From the NCBI GenBank assembly GCA_977018835.1, contig OZ361258.1, positions 620,001-684,000 of the forward strand: a DNA stretch of 64,000 nucleotides, given 5' to 3'. Numbering within the stretch: the first letter of the stretch is position 1; every line of letters begins with the position of its first letter. The DNA is from Minutocellus sp. GHC0000111. Its lineage: Eukaryota. A program made the translations under genes and the position numbers. Below are positions 56,901-64,000 of the stretch, piece after piece. Under the pieces are notes generated by a model. The model saw only the letters and a list, made by a program, of their open reading frames with translations, was not told the DNA's origin and did no database searches.

Positions 56901-57990
56901 CATTTCTGCTGGCAATTCGAGGAAGCGGCTCGATGAGATCCGAGTCTATGCCATGGAAGCTACAAGCGGGGATGATCTTCCTCGTTTTCCAATGGCGATT
57001 GATGTTCCATCCTCTGGTCTCATGGGCGATCGGGGACACGTGGCCGACGCAGAACTGCCAATTCCACAACCGCTACTGGTGGACTTACATGCTAAGCAAG
57101 ATTATTGGCTTGAGCGCCTGAGAAGGAACGAGACAGATGATATTCGTTCGTTGCTAGAAAAGGATGCCGCCGAAGCTCGACGAATCAATTCAGAGGCTTC
57201 GAGTGCTGCTCTTCCCGATCAAAGCACGAAAATTCCCCACGGAGGGTCAGGTCGCGGCTTACATATTGTCCAGCCTATCAAGGACAACCTTTACATCATT
57301 GAAGGAGGGACAGGATGCACACAAACCATCAAAGTCGGCGACACGATCCCGAGCATGGTTCAAGTCGATGATGTTCATGGGACCGGAGCCCTCGATCTGA
57401 TTGTGACTACCGCGTCTGGTCAAGTTATAACTCTCGAGGCATCCGATTCCGTGCCGTTTCATCCTCTCAAAGTATGGAACACCGGCCCAGTTAGATCGAG
57501 GGTAAATGGACATGCGCAGGGCTACTCTGCATCGTCTGGAATTTTCATCCATGAAAGATCACGGACATACAAAAATTGGCTGGGCATTTATGTCATGGTT
57601 ACCCTAGAAATCTTTGATCGACGGCCCAATGCCTGGAAGGAAGACTCCGACAAGCGCAAGTACACTGTGGACTTGAGATCAGGTTCGTCAACAAAGAAGC
57701 TGCTCTTCCGAAAAATTTACGATCATCCTGGAATATACACCGAGCAGGTCTTTGTCCCCTTTGGCCCCGGTTACTACTCAATCATCGCGAGACTTACGAC
57801 AACCCATGGCCTAGTCTACGAAGATAGCTTTAGCTTTGGATACAATGTCGACTTTGCTTCTGGTCTTGCATGGATTGTCCTCATGCCACTCGTTGTTGCA
57901 GCAATTCCCTTGCTCTTGGCACGACGAAAGACCACGTACGAGGACGATGATTTCAGCAGCACCGGCGCTCGTGGTCGCATTCTTGGTTAA
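53951..57990 (+). CDS. DEX1: DEX1-like FG-GAP/beta-propeller type-I membrane protein, 2 exons (intron 55941-56050)
   Basis: Signal peptide; PVLHDENGDG, VPRLYLRKDW, VSYYLD, HLDLSTD, SSPTV, GTSMGYLYVL, GDIDGDGKLD, LDLIVTT, HPLKVW; C-terminal TM helix. Motif order resembles plant DEX1 as I recall it. Confidence 0.8.
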
Positions 57991-58137
57991 CATATGGTAG
58001 CACCTGGCAAGGCCTACCTACTAGGTACGTAGCTACGTAGCCAGGTAGGAGGGTAATAGACTGAGAGGTGGAAGGTCTGAATTTGGCATTAGCTATTTTA
58101 ACAACATTTAAGACGTATAATAAACATAGATAGATAT

Positions 58138-59398
58138 TTAGCTCGGGCTCATGTCGGCTGGGACAGTCGTCTTGGCTCCAGCAAACCAGGTATAGGTTGT
58201 TGCATGCGGTGGTGGAGGAGGTGGATAAGCTGCACCACCGCCAGCGGGTCTTGCTGCGGCTAGCTGCGGAGGCTGCCCAGTCAATCCGGCAGGGTATGCG
58301 GCTGGATTAGGTGCAGCAGCGGGCCTGGAGGCGGCAGTGAGGCCTTGAGCGGGATATCCTGGAAGGTTGTACATTGGTATGCAGGCCGAGGCTGAGGTGC
58401 AGGAGGAAACTGCCCTGCAGCGGCAGCAGGGTATGCGGGCGGTGGAATGGCCGTGGTAGTAACACCAGGAGCAGCAGCGACGGGAGCAACGGCCGGCAGA
58501 ACTGGCGCGGGTATGACTGGTTGGGTTCGGAGCATTGTTGGAGCTGGTGGAATCGCCGGATTGGCAACAGCTGGAGCTGGAGCCGAAGACAATCCCGGTG
58601 AACTAACGGGATTCGATGTGCCGATACGTTGGTGGGCAGTCTCAATCCGATCCTGGGCGGCTTTGATCTTTTCCTTAAGAGAAGCAATTTGCTGAAATTC
58701 GGCAGCCACTTGAGCGCTAACATCGGTCGATCCATATGGTGCCATGCCGACAGCTGGTGCAGTAGCGACAGGAGCAGCAACGGGAGCTGCAATAGGCGCC
58801 TGCTGCCAGAGCGGTGCCGCGGGCACAGCGGTGCCAGGGGCAAGCGTTTCAGGATAGCCGAGGCGGGGCCTCTTTTGGTAGGCCGATAAGGGTGAGGCTG
58901 TAGTTGGAGTGACGAGCGATAGATCTCCCGGCACTGTAGATGGTGGCGTCGTCCCATCGGCCGCTATGCGTCTCTTGAGGAGAGGAGGCTGCTGCTGGTA
59001 TTGGGGATAATATCCTCCCATTGTCGCTGGCATCGGCGTCATCCCGTATGCACATGGCTGTATTGCAGCAGCGGCCCTGGCTCTTTGTGCGGCAATGCTT
59101 GCAACTCGATGAGCCGCATACTGACGTCGTTGTTCGGCTTGCCGGATCTCGTCCTGGCGTGCCTGCGCCTCTCTCTTCTCAGCTTCGCCGACTCTGAACA
59201 GCGCTGTTATGCCCTCAGCAGCACGAAGTTGCGCATTCCGCTCTCTCAGGCACTGCGACGTCTTCTGCTGAGCTCGGTTGTGACCGACATCCTCCCAAAC
59301 CTCAACATCTGGTAGACTTTTATCTGGGTCATCACGGTTGTATCCCGACCTCACTTCTTGAATTCTGAGGAACCTTCCAGGCTGCTCAACGATGGCGC

Positions 59399-59440
<42 letters not shown>

Positions 59441-61127
59441 GGACAAAATGAAATATGTAACATGGTAGAACCGAATGCGTTCCTATTTGCCCGAGTATGC
59501 ATAGCACAAACCACACACAAACACCACATCCAGGCCCTCCCGCCAGACTCACCGGCTCGAGGTTGCGCCAGATGTATACAATCTCTCTGGACAGATCGGG
59601 CTTGGTATTCTTCGAGGCGTTGATGTAGTCCATTTTGTACTTTTGCAGCAGGTTGCGGAAGTAGACGTTGCCCTCGTGGATGTTGGTACGCCCCCCACGA
59701 CCAAAAAGGACGTCGTGCGGACCAATGCCCTTGATGACGTTCTTCGTCTCCACGACCGCCTCCCACTTGGCCATGCGCTCCTTCACATCTTCTGTGGCCG
59801 CATCCGAATCCTTCACCTCGGGGAGTTCCAAGGTTTCCTTGAACAGGGTGGGAGCAATGATCTTGTGGCGCTTCCCGAGGATGCAGCCGATGGACCGAAG
59901 GTGAGTTTTGTCCAGAACATCCTCCTTGATCTGCTTCTGAAGGCGGACTATGGCCTTGCCAATTTCGATCTTGAAGGCTGGCGGTAGTTCCGTTGCATCA
60001 TCATTTTCTGGTTCGGCGTCGGAGGTAGAAGCGCCAGCATCGGCACCAGGGACAACGTCGGCGGCCGCCTCCACCTCTGTAGCACTAGTCGTATTGGGAT
60101 CGTCGTCATCGCCGACAGCAGTATCGGTAGTATCTGCTTTTGCATCTGCCCCTGCATGCGCGTCGGCATCTGCATCTATGGCGAAATCTGCATCGGCATT
60201 TGCATCGGCACCTACAGCATCTCCTCCACTATTCGCATGACCCTCCTTGGCCGCCTCCTGTTTCTCCGGAACCTCGACCTCCTGCTCCGTCTGTTGTTGT
60301 CTGTGTGTATTGAGCCCAGCGTCCATCTGTGGGAGCTCCTCACCGTTGCTTGTGTTTGTACCGCCCTTCGCGGCCGAGGGCAGCTCGTCGTCAAAGTCAT
60401 CAAACTGTCCGGCATGCATCTTATGAGCGTGCGGGGCAGTAACATTGGGCGCGATAGTGCCGGGATCGGCGGGTTGGGGTGCGCATGCGTATGCATCGTG
60501 TTCGAGGGGAGGCATGTGTGCTTTGGGCATCTTATGAGCCAAAGCCGAAGCCGTTGCTGCGCTGTTATCAGCTGCTGCTGGCTTCGTCGTCGAGTAATTG
60601 TTATCTAGGCCTGGGCCTACCGAAGAAGCCGTCTCGTATCTGCTGCTGTGTTTTTGGAGCGATTCGGACGCAAGGAGAAGGGCGTCGTTATCGATTTCTT
60701 CCCCCTTGTCTTCCTCATCGTCATCTTCGTCAGCGTCAGCAAATTGATCGGCATCGTCGAAGGTTTCAAAACGAGAAGCAGCGGTCGGTTGGTTGGGAGT
60801 CACCACTGCTTTCTGCTGAAGCTGTGACTGCGCTTGTCCGGCATGTAGGCCTACGTCAGGCGGCGGCGGCGGTGCACTGAACCGACCGGCGCCTGCTGAT
60901 GGACGTCGGTCATGAATCGAGGCGTGGGCATTTCCGAGTCCATTGTTGTTCGACGATGGGTCATCTGCTGCTGCTGCTGCTGCCGCCGGCCCCGCGAAGA
61001 AAGAAGATGAGTGCGAATTATTATCCGGCGCCGCGCCCGCTACGTTTGTGCCGGAAGAGACGGGTTCGGGACGAAGATGTGCTGACGGGGCGGCGCTGGG
61101 CCGCTGCACGTACCGGATGGTGGGCAT
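58138..61127 (-). CDS. DUF6824-type protein with Pro/Ala-rich tail; intron 59382-59552; probable frameshift near 58375
   Basis: HDVLFGRGGRTNIHEGNVYFR...RNLEP-PGRFL...WEDVG...KTSQCLRE. The 171-bp GT-AG intron is in frame. The P/A/Y-rich composition continues in ORF 58138-58374. Confidence 0.82.
59404..59437. repeat. (GA)n microsatellite inside an intron, acting as a (TC)n pyrimidine tract on the coding strand
   Basis: About 17 GA units roughly 20 nt from the acceptor site. Confidence 0.93.
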
Positions 61128-61566
61128 AGTTATCTCCTCATTCAATGATAATGAATTCTGGTTCCACTCTTGAGAGAGTAGGCTCCCAGTTCTCTTCGTG
61201 ACGTTCCAGGTCGTGAAGTCGTCAAGTGGCGGCTCGGAAGAAATATCAGTGGCTGGTTGGCTCACGCACACTGCAACACTCCTCAACGTAACCGGAGCAA
61301 GCAGATGGGGCACAAATGTTTCTTGAGAAAACCGTCTCAGACTGGTGTCTTTTATGTGGGAATTCCCTACTCAAAAGTACCTTCAACGCTTTTAGCTTAT
61401 TACATGTACTCCTCAATTGAAGAGTTAAGGCTACATACAGGGTAAAATTCTATTGAGGAGTGTAATAAGGTCTGTCCAGCGTCCAATCATCTGTCAAAGA
61501 TCCATGCATGGGCTACTAAAAATACTACGTACTAATCCGGCCAATCGGCCTGAAGAAAGCAGAACG

Positions 61567-62865
61567 ATGGCCGCTCAACTCCCCCGACAAGCGGGAGCAG
61601 CCTCCTCCTCTTCTCGGCGACACATCCGCCGGTACGTTGCAGCCGCTTGCCTCACCTCGACTGCCGCCGCTTCCTACTACGTCCGCGAATGGAGGGAAGA
61701 GAAAAAACATGACACCTTGGAAGATGCCGCGGCGAGCGGACATTTCTTTTGTTCGCAATGTGATGCCGATTCTCATCGTCGGGATAATACCACTGGCACT
61801 GGCAGCTCTGTAGTAATGTCACAACAACAAACACCTCCCATACGTCGCGATCTAAATGTTCTGGCAACGACCGTGGCCAGAGCCGGTCTCATGGGAACGT
61901 CGGTGCCAGGGGCCAAATCGGTCAAGCATGAGCTCGAGCAGATACGCAAGTGGCACGTCGATCATGGCTTCAACGGTGGACTGGTCCTACGCGAACTGAC
62001 CCAGCCACTATTTGATGTATCCGATATAGACGAAGATATGGTGGAGGGCGGGGACGACGTTGAGCCGATACCTCATCATGAGCTGCTCCAACGAGAATGC
62101 TACTATCTGTACTACGAATTGACATCTCGGGGTGAAACCAAGCAGCAGATATTTTGCCGAGGGACGACGCTTCGGGCGGACGTGCAAACATGCATCAATG
62201 CCAAGATGAAGTACGACGAGGAGCTCGATTGTCGGTTGCACGCTGGATTTTTGGAACATGCCGATCGGCTGCTGAATGACGTGCTCCCATTGTTGGCGCC
62301 AACGAGTAATCGCAGAGCTACAGTCGAGATTTGTGGCCATAGTTTGGGTGGAGCAGTAGCCTTTATACTGGCAATGAAGCTGAAGAAACGCGGATATACC
62401 GTGAAGCGAGCCACTGCCGTCGCAGCTCCAAGATTCGTGGAAGAAGAAGCCGCCGATCATCTTCAAACACTTCTGCCGAAAGATTCCTTGCGGATTGAAG
62501 ACGACTGCGATTTCGTGCCATTTTTACCACCGCATATGAAAGGTCTAGGAGATAAGTTGTGGCTGTCATCTTCAGATTTTCTCGGGCGCAATAGCGCATA
62601 CTACGTTCCATTTGAGAGCACACAGAAAGAAGATTTTTGGTGGCTAGATTCTTTTTTGGTAAACAGTCGCTTGCCGGAATCGTTTGCCCACATCAAGACA
62701 GTTCATAGAATTCCCTCGTACGTAGGCAAGATCAAAGCTTTGGCGAAAGAGGTGAGCGAACAATCGACTCCCAAAGAAAACATTACAACGATGGCGGTAG
62801 TTCGCACAGACAAGGAAATGGCGCCTGCTGGCAAAGGAATGAGAGGCTCTGAACGGCTGCAATAG
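61567..62865 (+). CDS. Class-3 lipase / alpha-beta hydrolase
   Basis: FCRGT, LHAGF, ICGHSLGGAVA, APRF, DFVPFLP, H of TVHRI. Start uncertain. Confidence 0.88.
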   Translation: MAAQLPRQAGAASSSSRRHIRRYVAAACLTSTAAASYYVREWREEKKHDTLEDAAASGHFFCSQCDADSHRRDNTTGTGSSVVMSQQQTPPIRRDLNVLATTVARAGLMGTSVPGAKSVKHELEQIRKWHVDHGFNGGLVLRELTQPLFDVSDIDEDMVEGGDDVEPIPHHELLQRECYYLYYELTSRGETKQQIFCRGTTLRADVQTCINAKMKYDEELDCRLHAGFLEHADRLLNDVLPLLAPTSNRRATVEICGHSLGGAVAFILAMKLKKRGYTVKRATAVAAPRFVEEEAADHLQTLLPKDSLRIEDDCDFVPFLPPHMKGLGDKLWLSSSDFLGRNSAYYVPFESTQKEDFWWLDSFLVNSRLPESFAHIKTVHRIPSYVGKIKALAKEVSEQSTPKENITTMAVVRTDKEMAPAGKGMRGSERLQ

Positions 62866-62986
62866 TATATCAACTACATGAAAATGATTGGCATGTAGGA
62901 TTTATTTTTTCGTCACCCTTTCTAGTAGATCTAGATCTAAAATGAATGAATTCTAGGAATCCTAAAGTTAGTGAATTATCATGGCT

Positions 62987-64000
62987 CTAATCACTACTTT
63001 CGGGCAATGGCCTTTTCTCCATTGATCCCTCTCCACTCTCTTGCGTCAGCTCGTCTTCGTCCTCCTTAATTTTTGCCGCATTCTTTTCTCCTTTCGCGTC
63101 TTCTTCGTGGCTACCAGCTGTTTCGATGCATGGGCCTTTCTTTATTTCCACCTGTTCCTGCTCGATGTTACTTCTCTTCTGCAACGACCAAACATATTTA
63201 CGGTAAACCTTTCGGCAATCGTCGTCTAGACTTGAGTCGACGCCCTGAGAACTGTAAATGTCCCGTAGGTTTTCCATTGTCAGACCGTCATGAGGGTCGC
63301 ATTTGTACATGCTACACACTGTCGAAAACTGCGGGCCATCCATATCTTCTCCTGATGTTTGGAGCTGTAATTGACGAAGTTCTCGATAGGATAAAAGGCC
63401 ATTTTGATCCTCGTCGAAATACTTGAATATGAGAGAAATTTTTTCGAGTCGTTCGGCAACCAGGAATGGGTAATCGCCGTGTAAATTCACGCCCAGATCC
63501 TTGACTTCTGGCGAAGAAAATATTTTTGCAACGGATTCGCTCGGAAACACCTTCTTGTAGTCGTCACTAATGTTGCCACCTCCTGACGAATAGGTCTGTT
63601 GCAGTGCTTCTACACTCAACCCTTCTCTTGGGTCTACGCCTAATTCTTCACAAATCATTCGATATTCTTCCACATCCAAATCATCCCCACTCGTCCGAAG
63701 CTGCATATTTCGCAACTCGCAATAACCAAGTCGACCGGTATTGTAAATGTCAAAGAATTGATGGAGGGTCCTCACATGATCATCAACATGATGAAGGGGC
63801 TTGGACCATCCAGGGCTGCGACTTATCCGAGCCAGCAAACCTGACGATTCTTCACCATCGCCTTCGTCCTCATCTTCCCCCGCAATTCTTTGATCGGCAT
63901 CGACTTTCCCTTCGTCATCCTGAGCCATATCCATATCTCCTTCATATGCAGCTTCCGAGCTATCATGTCCAATTGCACCTCCAAAACCGCTACCAAATAG
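62987..64000 (-). CDS. EF-hand protein; C-terminal part only (frame open to the window end)
   Basis: Two similar modules FDIYNTGRLGYCELRNMQLRTSG and FDEDQNGLLSYRELRQLQLQTSG. Confidence 0.8.
   Translation of the reverse strand, partial: LFGSGFGGAIGHDSSEAAYEGDMDMAQDDEGKVDADQRIAGEDEDEGDGEESSGLLARISRSPGWSKPLHHVDDHVRTLHQFFDIYNTGRLGYCELRNMQLRTSGDDLDVEEYRMICEELGVDPREGLSVEALQQTYSSGGGNISDDYKKVFPSESVAKIFSSPEVKDLGVNLHGDYPFLVAERLEKISLIFKYFDEDQNGLLSYRELRQLQLQTSGEDMDGPQFSTVCSMYKCDPHDGLTMENLRDIYSSQGVDSSLDDDCRKVYRKYVWSLQKRSNIEQEQVEIKKGPCIETAGSHEEDAKGEKNAAKIKEDEDELTQESGEGSMEKRPLPESSD

Noticed and set aside
59382..59552. Hydrophobic SLSLSL segment read as a transmembrane insert
   Set aside because: It is an in-frame GT-AG intron containing a microsatellite; removing it restores LEP-PGRFL.
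1..64000. Genome-wide reassignment of TAA to an amino acid
   Set aside because: TAA ends several genes at plausible C-termini (7687, 17103, 46280, 52613, 57990), followed by non-coding sequence.

Overview
Gene-dense eukaryotic nuclear DNA with short GT-AG introns. It is most likely from a diatom, based on two DVLxGRGG (DUF6824-type) proteins, a diatom-style type-II LRR protein and several signal-peptide + Phe-start (ASAFAP-like) plastid presequences. About 20 protein genes can be supported: an SLC43-like MFS transporter (partial), a fused NAD(P) transhydrogenase, two DUF6824 proteins, an LRR protein, a Cys-rich secreted protein, a TPR protein, a Sel1 protein, an M6 metalloprotease with six C-terminal repeats, an ABC1 kinase, a four-repeat ion channel, a redoxin/TSP1/propeller surface protein, a C2H2 protein, sulfite oxidase, an EF-G-like GTPase, an OSCA/TMEM63-like channel, an ETNPPL-like PLP enzyme, a methyltransferase, TtcA, a DEX1-like protein, a class-3 lipase and an EF-hand protein (partial). 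I recognised no rRNA, tRNA, CRISPR array or transposase. Main highlights: (1) a single-chain 4x6TM channel built from Kv-like repeats, with a GE/GE/GD/GE filter in place of GYG; (2) four genes each interrupted by one in-frame TAA, plus several small frameshifts, which could be assembly error, a decaying allele or recoding; (3) a 5-nt microexon completing the ABC1 kinase motif; (4) apparently plastid-targeted TtcA, transhydrogenase and divergent EF-G; (5) an Erv46/ERGIC3-type Cys module inserted in DEX1; (6) clusters of short CTAG/AGCT/GATC/GTAC palindromes at gene boundaries. All calls are by eye, without database searches.
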